Of a DNA stretch of 64,000 nucleotides, positions 53,681-64,000 are shown one piece after another. Source of the DNA: Dicyema japonicum. Taxonomy: Eukaryota > Animalia > Dicyemida. Below the pieces are notes generated by a model. It had not been told where the DNA came from, did not search any database, and was given only the letters and a program-made list of their open reading frames with translations. The DNA is taken from assembly GCA_011109175.1 (NCBI GenBank), contig RDEW01000003.1, forward strand, positions 1,995,761 to 2,059,760, written 5' to 3'. The position numbers and the translations under genes were made by a program. Position 1 is the first letter of the stretch. Every line of letters starts with the position of its first letter.

Positions 53681-54032
53681 AATAATAACCCCGAATACAC
53701 CGAGAAAGAAGTTAAAGTAAACAACTGATTAAGTGTAACCAGTTTCCACTTGTACAGAAACAGAGTCCACCCTGAATCAACATAAAGGGTAAAAGGCGTC
53801 CATTCTTGCAGTTGTGTAAACCCCTCCAGTGGAGTGGGGGAGAGCAAGTGATCCTTCTTCGTGCCGGTATGGTATTGGGTGCCACCTAGACAGGTGGATC
53901 ACATGACGCAACTCTAATAGGACGAGAGATGAGGAACAGACGAACAACAAGAAACTTCAACCAATTAGCCACAAAGCACCACATGACGCGACGCGGCTTT
54001 TAATTTCGAATAAATCATTAATAAATGTCTAC
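53681..54032 (-). mobile_element. SINE-like family 2 copy B with 11-bp TSD
   Basis: TSD aagttggtaat at 53670-53680 and 54033-54043. A-box-like TGGCTAATTGG; ends GGGGTT(ATT)n. Confidence 0.88.
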
Positions 54033-54165
54033 AAGTTGGTAATGGTAAAATAAATTGTTTATGACGTTTTTTTCAATAATTTAATATGAATACTAACAAA
54101 TATTGTCTATACTTAGTAAATAGTTTTATTTTTGTTAAACTTAGGGAGCCACAAGATATAATATA

Positions 54166-56066
54166 CAGTAAACTTTCCAAAATTTGCCATTTTTGGGGCA
54201 AATTTCAGAATTTAATCAATAATTTTAAAATAGTTATTGGGTAACTTCTCATCGATGAAAATAACTAAATTTGATTTTATTACGAAAAAATCTATTTAAA
54301 AAATTATGGCTTCGATTCATAAAATTCAATTCCCATTTGCTTCTTTTTTATTTTCTAGTATTTGCATTAAATCTTCTAATGGATGTAATAAATACGACAT
54401 CCTCTTCGTTTTCAACGTTCTCAAGAGATCCTTTTCAATTTCGCTTAACTTGGATGCTATTTCATTCTTGTTTAGGGGTTTCACATCAGTAGTTTCTTCA
54501 TGGATGAGTGTCTCATTATCATCAATTAATGATGTTATTTCTTCTTCATTTATTGCATTTTTTCAGAATAATTTATAAACAAATTCATCGATTTTAATCG
54601 GATCGAGAATATCCGTATTAGATAATATTTCTTATGTTCACATTCACTAAAGGTGTGCTAATACCCGATTTTTTTAGAATTTGAAAACAATTTTTTGTTT
54701 TAGGGGATACATCTTCCCTGGCCATGTTTTCTTTTTCCAATAATCGAGTAAGATACTCCAATTTGTGTCTATTAAAGTGGACTTTGATTGTTTTAATAAT
54801 TCCCATATCCATTGGCTGAATTATTCATGTATTTTTATATTTTCCAAATTCGATGGCAAGCAATGAGAAGGACAATTATCTATAAGGAGCAAAGAAACAT
54901 CTTGGCATTTTTGATTTTCCAATCAATAGAGGCTTTAATTTATGATTTCCAGACATATTTGTGCACAACATCACAGATACTCTATATTTGAGGTTCTTGT
55001 ATCCTCCAAACGGAGTCTTGCAGATACTTCTGGTTGGAAAAAGCTTGTAAAAAAGTCCCAGTTTCATCCAGGTTGTAAATCTGATCGCAGATATATGACT
55101 TTGAAACTTCTTGAAATTCTTTGAGAAACCCTTTAATATCGACACTTTTCTCAGTGCACATTTGTCCATGTAATTTCCTCATCCGAAATCCATGCCTTTT
55201 CTTAAATTTGGATAAAAATCCATAAGAGTTTTTTAAATAGTCAAGAGAAAGTTGTTTAGCGAAGAATTCTGCTTTACTGGATATTAATGCATCGTTCAAC
55301 AATGCACCTTAAAATTTAAAAACATTAGGAATACCTTTTGCTTCCATCGAATCCATCCACTCAGCAAGCTTTTCATCAAGTTGCAAGAACTTTAATTTTT
55401 TGACTGTTTTTGTTGATGAATTTTTAGTTTTGAATTGTTCCAAAAATGACTCACGACTCTTTAAAATAGCGTTTACTGTCCTTCGGCAAATGTTCACTTT
55501 AAACAAAAAGGAAAATTTATCAACAATTCTTTGGCATGATAATAAGTTGTTGTCGTCCTTATAACGCAATATTTGCACTTTTTGTTCGATAATGAGTCTT
55601 GTATATCTACCACTAGAATCACAACGAGGCATGATACTCGAATAATGTTTTATTGTTTTAATTTTCAGTAATTTTTTTAATAACTTTAAAAAATTCTGGC
55701 AAATTTCGGAATTGGCAAATATCTACTAAATTTTTTTTAAATGACTATTATTTAACAAAAAAACAAATGTTAGTTGAGGAAGTCGGCTGCGTGTACCGAG
55801 AACGAGTTCTCTCGGAGTATGGCCATTCCAATCTTCTGTTTTAGCCATAACCCTTCTCGTTGATCCCTTTTTTTTCTGGTAAGCATTCCTCCAAGTTTGC
55901 GCAAGAACTCAGCCGTCATTGGACCAACTGCTCCCAATGACTCGGCGGCAACAGGAGTAAATTGGTAGCGGTCCCCGAGGCAGGAATATTTCTTGATTTT
56001 TAGGTTTTACGCGGTCCACTAAAATTAGAATATTTTTTTAAATGGCAAATTTAAGAGAGTTTACTG
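54166..56066 (-). mobile_element. pogo/Tigger transposon with both TIRs and TA TSD; transposase frameshifted and internally deleted
   Basis: TIRs cagtaaactttccaaaatttgccattt / aaatggcaaatttaagagagtttactg flanked by TA. RLIIEQKVQIL, LDEKLAEW, SYGFLSKFKKRHG, IYNLDETG, KPLLIGKSKMPRCF, QPMDMGIIK. Confidence 0.92.
55752..56016 (-). mobile_element. CRE-like RLE 3' fragment inside the Tigger element
   Basis: Close match over its full length to 25223-25489. Confidence 0.85.
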
Positions 56067-56284
56067 TATTTAAAAAAATGTAGAAAAGGGAGCCATGGAT
56101 TATATGATCGTGAGCATGCTTGGTCTAGGGCAGGGGTCGGTAACCTTATAAGTCAAAGAGCCAATATTTGGTTTTCTGGTAATTAAAAAAATTAAAGAGT
56201 CACTTTTTAAAATAATAAAAATTTTCATAGTCCAGATCGTCGCCAGGGAGCGAAATCTTCACCTGGTAAATGAGGTGCCTTTTG

Positions 56285-56388
56285 AATATTGGCCAGACAT
56301 CGGCGTCTCCCGAATGAGGTGGATCCAATGACGCCACAAGAGGGAAGGAAGAGAAATCTTCAATCAAATAGTCACGTGACATCTAGCC
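56285..56388 (-). mobile_element. Family 2-related short element copy D (head + pseudoknot)
   Basis: Head gtgactatttgattgaagatttct resembles gtggctaattggttgaagtttct. Core GGCGTCATTGGATCCACCTCATTCGGGAGACGCC. Confidence 0.65.
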
Positions 56389-56392
56389 TTAT

Positions 56393-56851
56393 CAAATTGT
56401 ATTTTTACAGTTAGTTATCATGACTGTTCTTGTGTGTGTAGAAGTTTATCGGCCACCTGATAGGTGTAAGTTGACGAGGCTGAGAAGAGAACAGAGCATT
56501 GGGGAAACCATTGGGCAGATAGCGGTAATGAGAGTAGGCAGACGTGGTAGTGGAACATGCAGTCAGCAAGAGAAGTTAGTAGATTGGTCTTTATCCAGGA
56601 CGGTATTTTCGTAGAGAAAATNTCAAATTGTATTTTTACAGTTAGTTATCATGACTGTTCTTGTGTGTGTAGAAGTTTATCGGCCACCTAATAGGTGTAA
56701 GTTGACGAGGCTGAGAAGAGAACAGAGCATTGGGGAAACCATTTGGCAGATATCGGTAATGAGAGTAGGCAGACGTGGTAGTGAAACATGCAGTCAGCAA
56801 GAGAAGTTAGTAGATTGGTCTTTATCCAGGACGGTATCTCTGTAGAGAAAA
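56393..56851. repeat. 231-bp tandem duplication joined by a single N (56622), probable scaffolding artefact
   Basis: The two copies differ at about 6 positions, with an N exactly at the junction. Confidence 0.85.
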
Positions 56852-57389
56852 TCTTCTTGCTTAGAAGTAATTTATTCGACATCGAAAGCCTCTTAGAGTA
56901 GGAAGATGGCTGATGGACGCTTGAATAAGTTGGTGAGGTCTCGGGGATTGCATTGATTTATTGTTAGAAATGACGTTTATTTGGTCTTTCGTCGCGCCTA
57001 GATCTGCTCAGTAATCTCGGAGGGAAATGAAGACCAAGATTTGAGGGATGTACTTGCTCGCGAATTTCGTAAAAGGATCATGTTAAATAAATTATTATTT
57101 ATTTACCCCCGCTCCCTTCGATTGAAAGAAACCGGCGGCTAACAAGAATGTTATAGACATCCGACAGGTATATTTATTTCTGTGCAGAACTCGGAGGTGG
57201 AATCGGACAAGAGAAGTGACCCATCTTCTGGTCGTCGTATATTAACTTAAGAACAACTTGCTCTGGAATTTTAGAAATTACATTGAAATCGATTGTTCAA
57301 ATGGAGAGAGCGGTTTCCGTCAAACCCTTTAACTGGAGACTTTTTGAAGATGTTTTCTGCATCTGAGTTATTAGTAGTCTTGATTTATC

Positions 57390-57589
57390 ACGGCCTACGT
57401 GAAAACCCGATAGACCAAAGAAAGACAGGAACTAGTAACCGATTTTCCCATAGGTCTTTTTGACGTGGAGGGTACAAATAGAAAGAAGACGGCCAACGTG
57501 AAAACCCGATAGACCAAAGAAAGACAGGAACTAGTAACCGATTTTCCCATAGGTCTTTTTGACGTGGAGGGTACAAATAGAAAGAAGAC
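57390..57589. repeat. 99-bp tandem duplication, 1 mismatch
   Basis: acggcc(t/a)acgtgaaaacccgatag...aaatagaaagaag at 57390 and 57489. Confidence 0.92.
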
Positions 57590-58904
57590 CCCTTGCAGTC
57601 GAGAAAATGGTCTTTTGTAGACCCAATTTTATAAAAGTATGATCAGAGATTTTTATGATGACCTTGTGAGATCAACTCGTACGCTACCTCGGAATATTGA
57701 TTGGGAGTCACTTATTTTCTGCAGAAACTTGTTAAGTAGTTTATTCATTCCGAGAATGTTGATCGATCTGTTGCATTTTCTTGTGGATATTTCCGGGGTA
57801 CCGCGATATTCTTTTTTGAAGATAGCTACAGTCAAGCCTGTTTGCTACGGAAGGGGCGAGGTTTGTTCCACATGAAGTTGCAAGGATGACTTTTTTCAAG
57901 GACACCTGAATTATTAACCCCAGACATACAATCTTTGGTAAGTCCTGTTTACTTGTGCCGACCAAATCCATCCTCAATAGTCCATTAATGCTTCCGAAGA
58001 GAGGTGGAGACGTCTTCTTTTTTCACTACACGTGCTACCCTCGAGGACATTACTTCATTTATAAGTGGAATATTTTTTCATAATGGTAATCTTCACAAGT
58101 GGAGTTGGGAGAAAATAGTAAGATCCCTTTCAACAACTGTATCGTGCCGTCACCTCGTGGATGAGATCTGTTTGACGAGAATCAACCATCGCTGAAAAGT
58201 CCATCTTTCAGATTCGAAACCACGACTGTCAGAACCGATTTCAAGCGACGAATAAATAAATTGGACGTTGTGATTGATTATAATTTTAAATATTGAAATA
58301 AACGGATCAATAATCCTGGTGTGCTAAAGTCTCTGACAATCTTCCCCTTTCTTGAGGTTAATGAAACACTCCAGACAACACAGAAGTGTGAGGAGAGGCG
58401 CATGCAATTAGACGATAACTTTAATCCTCTATCTTGTGTTCCTATGGTTATAATAATAGAAGATATCGACGCAGAACCCCTGCCAACAAAGCGATAAAAT
58501 ACTAGTCGCGAAGAATGAAGCGCGATACCTCAGTTCCCACGCATGACCTAATCTTCAGTGGTCGGCGATAATATGAAGGTGGTGAAACATCAGAAACTTA
58601 AGACTAAGAACCGCTGAAGAAGTTGTAGGCGACAGTTGATTTGGAAAAGGGCAATATAGAAAATTATATCTGCCATCAAATTTTTGGAAATATAACAGAA
58701 CATTTCCCGGTAAAGTAACACACACCCTTTCCAAGTATCACATCCTACCAAGTACCAATCACTGTGTCGCCAGTCTCTCCTAGGTTAGGTGGATCACCGA
58801 CACCTACCGGTGTTTTAGACAAGTTAATCAACTCTAAAGAATAAAATGGCTAATAACTGAGAAATTATTTTATAAGAGAAAAAGACAAAGCAAATAATTA
58901 AAAA

Positions 58905-60371
58905 TTATCTTTTCCTTTTAAGTTTAGCCTGTAATAAAGAATATAATAACCTCATAAGCACATTTAATTTCATTAAATGATGCAATTTCATCGTTTACTT
59001 CAGTAAAGAGAGCATCCAACAGTTCAGACTCATGTGCTTGATCAGACTCAATTTTCTGATATTTGCAATTCAACTTAAATAAGTTAAGTATCAACCTCCT
59101 TTTCCATCTTTTTAAGTTCAGCCTCTTTCTCGTTTATTTTATTAACAAACTGATTCCTTAGAGCAGACTCCTTAAACTGAATATCATTAAGTAATTCAGT
59201 CTTCTTTTGAACATAGATTTGATCAATACTGGGGTAATATTAAAATAAACCTAAGACTATTGTCAACCAAACAGCCAAACTCTTCAAGTTTCTGTCTTCT
59301 ATAGACCTCATATATTTCATCAGTAGTATCAATTAGTCTTTGCATGTTAGTCCTTATTATCGCCTCTCTCAAACGAATAAAGTCACTATGAGTCTCATTT
59401 TCCACTACAATTAAATCCATAATATACCCTGGACGACTCCCCAGGGATATTGTCGTCCATAAACCATCCTATGTCCTATTTTTACTTGTTTCTGACTGGC
59501 CACGACTGCAAATGGGACAAATGCCTACTATTAATAGTTAAATTACATTCATTATGATGGAGGTCTTGTCAGAGGAGGTGGCAAAATTAAATATGGGGAT
59601 TTTCGATAATTTGAGACTATTCAGAATCTAACCAATTACAAAATTGTAACTATCGATTTCAAATTCTGTAATTCTGTGCGAGTAAGTGAGTCACTCTTAG
59701 CAATAATCGGTATCAGATTAACCCTTGTTGCTAAATTACTCATAGCCGCTATATTGAACGAACCAAGTCGACTATATTATTATTGAAATATACTCTCTAG
59801 TATTTGGGGGTATAAAATATAGACAACAGTGGATTCTAGTGTCCCTGAATCCTTCATTAGGCCTATTCGTACTTAATTCTTCCTCCAAGTAACGATAATG
59901 TTGTTTGTCAATGAAAGTACAGACATTACTCCAACTATTAATAAATAATGATAAAACTCGTCAATCTCATTGCCTCTACCATAGTTTACAGTCTCACTTA
60001 CATTCAACTGCAGTTTAGTTCCCCCTTCATTAAGATCTACGAATGAAGTTGAATGTTACAATATGTTTTCTGAATGAATGAGTCATCACTGTTGGAGATG
60101 GTATTATCCAAACTCAGATTGAATAATGAACTAACCAACGTTGTTTTCCCCATTCCAACCTCACCTACCTTAGTATTTATTGACTAACCCACACACAAAA
60201 GGTTGAAGATGAATCCATTCCGAGATGGGTAGAGTATGTATTGGTCAGGGAAGTAAGAAAAACCAACAAATGACGAGGGTATCAATTCACGAATAGGACA
60301 CTTATATTATTATATACTAATACAGTCAATTCCGGAGAGCATTCGATAACATTATCCACAAATTCTGTCAT
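58905..60371 (-). CDS. Septin, SEPT6/8/11-group-like, with many 22-28 nt introns
   Basis: [20 protein letters not shown]|[58 protein letters not shown]|[14 protein letters not shown], and a C-terminal coiled coil ending KLKRKR*. Confidence 0.94.
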
Positions 60372-61103
60372 TGAATAACAACACAAGAATAGGGCGGGAA
60401 TGAATTTATTAATTATAACATTAAATAATTATTCATAATTTATTTTTATTTTATTTAATAAGGGGTAACAAGGGGTTAGTTATATTTTTATGAATAATTT
60501 ATTTCCCAGGTCCGTGAAGATCCCCAAGGCCATACACCCTGTCGCTGCGGATGACCTTTCCAATACGATCTAAGATCCCCACAGACGCACGCAATACAGG
60601 ACTGGGTGCGCCTACTCAGTTTTGCGTCTTCCACACTGGTACTTTATCGAGATGTTCACGGAAATGAGTCTCTCGCTACCATCATGAGGATCACATTTTC
60701 TTTTATGGGAGGAACCCTTATCTTCAGTGGTCCCACATATTTTAACTATATACGGGAAATACATACTCCTAACAAGGAATTTTAAGTGCTCAGTCTCAAG
60801 AGAACTGTTCGTTGGAAGTTAATCGAAGGTGGTACCCGCGCAGCCATCAGGGCACTTCGGACCGCGAAAACAGACCTTAGACACCTTTCCACGCTACGTG
60901 TGAATTTAATTTTAAAAAAAAGTTTTGAACAAATAAAAACATTTCTTTATAAGTGAGTGATTCATAACTTGGTTTGAAGTCAATTAGTTACTTGTTACAA
61001 ATGAAACACAAATGGTTAACATGTGATATCTAATTTAAGCTACTTATTACACGTTGGAATCTATTATTTCTTGTGGTGTTGTGCATGTACGCTTCCTTTA
61101 TAA

Positions 61104-61968
61104 CATTGTTTCTTAACCTTTTTTGACCGGGGACCACTTTAGTCTGTTGAATTTTTCTGGAGACCACATGTAACACAACAATGTAATAAAAAAAACTAAC
61201 AAAATTAAAAAATCATAATATTTAGAGTTAGTGTGATTTTTGATCCTGCTTTTCAGAAACTAGCTGTTCAATTTTTGGTACAATGTTGGTAGTGCCATTC
61301 TCATATCGTCTTCCACCTTAAGTCGGTTGCGAACTTTACTTTTCAGAATAACAAGACATTGCCATTTCACATAAATAAGTGGTTGGAAAGGGAATTATCA
61401 CTTCCTGTGCATTTTTACTTAAGATTGGATATTCATTAATAACAGAAATCCAGAATTCCATAATCGAAAGCGAATTAAATGTCAACTTGCAAAACTGCGA
61501 ATTTCGCAATGCAATCAACTGTTCTTGGAAATCAATTTTTTGGCCGTCGTAAATTAATTTATTGGTTTCCGGAATAAAAGGGTGTATTATCCAAGTCGCA
61601 ATTTCCTTATGTCTTTTTAATTGTGACGGCTTCAAAGAGTGTTTCCAATTGTGACGTCGAATACACTGCGCTTTATCGACGTTGTCAAATCCAGTATATT
61701 GGGTAAATCCATATTGGACATAAAAATCAATCCATTTGCGATTAACCATTACAATCAAATAACAAAAAAACACGTGGAATAAAATTAATTAAATATTCTA
61801 ATGCGAATAAATAAACCCACTTTATTAAACTAACAATAAAAAAGTTAATATATTTAATATTCAACAACCTTCCTCGCCTGCCTGTTAGCCAGCCTCCTCA
61901 AGCAGGTTCGATTCTGGTTGCTGAAACAACTCCGAGAGCGTCCCCAGGTACCACGTTAAGAAACACTG
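61104..61968 (-). mobile_element. Internally deleted Buster-type hAT element with TIRs and TSD
   Basis: TIRs cattgtttcttaac / gttaagaaacactg; TSD ctttataa / ctctatga. ORF fuses an N-terminal YVQYGFT..LKPSQLKRH to a dimerisation domain EFWISVINEYPIL...PFPTTYLCE. Confidence 0.92.
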
Positions 61969-62138
61969 CTCTATGATGAAAGCAGCGTCTCCCATGATGG
62001 TTCCTGCAGAAACAAATAAATTTAGTGCAAAGAGTATTTGTAATAAATTAAACACTGCTCTATGATGAAAGCAGCGTCTCCCATGATGGTTCCTGCAGAA
62101 ACAAATAAATTTAGTGCAAAGAGTATTTGTAATAAATT
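61961..62138. repeat. 89-bp perfect tandem duplication spanning the hAT right end
   Basis: aaacactgctctatgatgaaagcag...gtaataaatt at 61961 and 62050. Confidence 0.9.
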
Positions 62139-62469
62139 CAAAAACACGTGGTTTTGACTGACAGAATTAATGACGAAATAAATTATTCAATGATTTTAGA
62201 TCAAGGAGGGCATGTGCTTTAAAATGTATTCTCATCTTCGGAAGGAAGGAACATTTTGGAAAACTCCAAAATTGGAGATAAAACCTTAATGGCTATGAGA
62301 AATCCACGTGTCGATATTGATTGACTAAATGCAAAATAAGATGATTCGACATCTTCAAGAGATCGGTCCCTCAGAAAATTAAAATTTTAAAAAGAGTTAA
62401 AAAAAGAAGAGATTTATTGCAAAATAAATTAGTCATCAATTGTGCAAATTTTGAATTTCCAACATTACT

Positions 62470-62800
62470 CATCATAGATATCCACCAACCTCGAAGCATT
62501 TTCTTGAAAATATTCGAAAGTATAATAATTGTTTTCATATGGCATCGTTTGGAACAACAGACAATTTTATTTATAAGGGTTATATGCCCACATATAAGGT
62601 TCTTGGTCAAGTTTATCATAGGATGGGGTCACTACTCACAAATGCAGGGGAGCAACATAGCTTTTTACAAATATATTTTTTAGAAAGTTTTGAGGATCAG
62701 TCAACAAGAAGATTAAAACAGAACCACAATTACGTCAATCTATAATTAGCATGTTACAAAACATGTTACAAGAACATAATTCATATATTTTATCTTTTAG
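62470..62800 (+). mobile_element. Helitron RepHel N-terminal fragment
   Basis: SKHFLENIRKYNNCFHMASFG...YKVLGQVYHRMGSLL...FLQIYF...MLQEHNSY. Confidence 0.85.
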
Positions 62801-62809
62801 GTGGTTAAT

Positions 62810-63092
62810 TCTTGTTGTACATGTACGCTTCCTCTATAATAAAAGCAGCGTCTCCCATGGTGGTTCCTGCAAAAACAAATAAATGTAGTGCAAAGAGTAT
62901 CTGTAATAAATTCAAAAACACGTGGTTTTGACTGACAGAATTAATGACGAAATAAATTATTCCATGATTTGAGATCAAGGAGGGCATTTGCTTTAAAAAA
63001 TGTATTCTCATCTTCGGAAGGAAGGAACATCTTGGAAAAACTCCAAAATCGGAGATAAAGGTAAAGCGTTAATGGCTATGAGAAATCCACGT
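62810..63092. repeat. Uninterrupted copy of the roughly 290-bp dispersed repeat that hosts the hAT at 61104
   Basis: Aligns to 61079-61103 plus 62058-62308, with a single ctctataa site. Confidence 0.85.
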
Positions 63093-63414
63093 TGGTGTGT
63101 AGTATTAGAGGACACGTTGTATTGATTTCATTTGATCAGGTAATTTAATTTTTTGTTGTATATTTTCGAATTTGAATATAAATATGCAGAAATGTAATGT
63201 GGATGAACAATTTTAGTAGAACTCGTGAATTCCCTAAAACTGTTCAATATGCAGAAATATAGCCAAACGCGAAAATTAAAAAAATCGGCGCAAATAGTAT
63301 TTATAGTGAAATAGTCGATAATTTTCTAAATTTCCTAATTTGTAAATTTATAATTCTCATTTAGGAAGTATTTAATTTTTTTATTATCGAATCAGTAAAT
63401 TTAAACAATAGAAG

Positions 63415-63910
63415 TCAGGTAGTTGCCGCCCTCACTGCGTGGCTGTTCCCTCTCAAAATTGCGAGGGAAATTCGCTCAAATAGCCAGCGGCGTTCACGGA
63501 GATCTCCAGTGCATGAGGTGATCCGGTTTCCAAGACGTCCGAAAAACTCGAGTGTAGAGGGGGAGTAGGATCCGGAAGTCTCCATAGCAAGGGGAACAAA
63601 TTTGACATCATCGGGAAGGTCGACGTATTTAACGAGTTTGGCCTTCTCCGTCTTTACGGATGCTGAACAGGCCCTTGTAGCACTCCCGTGAAGATTTTTC
63701 TGGGCGAACGTGTCTGTACATGTCACATCCCAAACCAGTGGTTTCCCGGCCTCAAATGGAAATATGGTCATCCCGTCCGGCCATTTCCCGTCACTTCTGC
63801 ATAACCCGACCGGTTCAAGAATGGCCGAGTATCTAGCAGCATCCATAGCTCGCCTGACAATTTCATTCAGAGCCTTGTGCCTTGGGGATCTGCCAGCGCT
63901 CCTCCTGCAG
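63415..63910 (-). mobile_element. CRE-like retrotransposon RLE domain, intact frame
   Basis: LEPVGLCRSDGKWPDGMTIFPF..GKPLVWDVTCTD...K..KY...METSG...ERISLAILRGN. Confidence 0.88.
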
Positions 63911-64000
63911 TATTTAATTAGAATATTTAAAATTTTTATTTTTTAATATTTTAAATTATAGGGTCTTCCTAACATTAACGACATTTCGTCAATCACTAAC

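Larger units (their letters stand above)
53276..56122 (+). mobile_element. Buster-type hAT remnant hosting three nested insertions
   Basis: Termini cagccatgccca / tgagcatgcttg (9 of 12 match). 8-bp TSD gtataggg (53268) / gtctaggg (56123) with central TA. Transposase tail MRNRLDVVNRGDLRLSWSNIEPDVTKLV. Confidence 0.75.

Noticed and set aside
56393-56851. 231-bp tandem duplication as a biological repeat or duplicated small ORF
   Set aside because: A lone N sits at the junction and the copies differ like alleles, which is typical of overlapping contig ends. The 64-aa ORFs are probably antisense to decayed retroelement sequence.
57390-57589. CRISPR-like or regulatory array
   Set aside because: Only two abutting 99-bp units without spacers, in a eukaryotic context; no cas genes or spacer arrays occur anywhere in the window.
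58612-58650. Possible hammerhead ribozyme (CTGAAGA...GAAA)
   Set aside because: The putative stem II is followed by GATT rather than GAAA, and stems I and III are not evident. CTGATGA sites at 46961 and 47117 also lack the fold.

Overview
AT-rich eukaryotic, most likely animal, genomic DNA. Compact host genes with tiny GT-AG introns (mostly 22-28 nt) sit among dense, nested and mostly decayed transposable elements. Host genes I could splice by hand: double-PHD+SAM chromatin protein, acyl-protein thioesterase, 3-RRM protein, TMC-family channel (disrupted), beta-TrCP-like F-box/WD40, ARPC1, SRP54, SEPT6-group septin, and tRNA-Asn(GTT). The intron sizes fit a reduced parasitic metazoan such as a dicyemid, which is an inference. 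Mobile DNA includes APE-type LINEs (Jockey/I-like, RTE-like), R4/Dong-like RT, CRE-like RLE 3' ends, pogo/Tigger, Buster-type hAT, a Helitron fragment and a tRNA-derived SINE. The most unusual signal is a second short retroelement family (4-5 loci). It combines a shared 5' head, a covarying pseudoknot with the helix order of HDV-like ribozymes, and a 3' tail homologous to a local LINE. Some single-base frameshifts and one N-joined duplication look like assembly errors. Coordinates were counted by hand, and boundaries of decayed elements are approximate.
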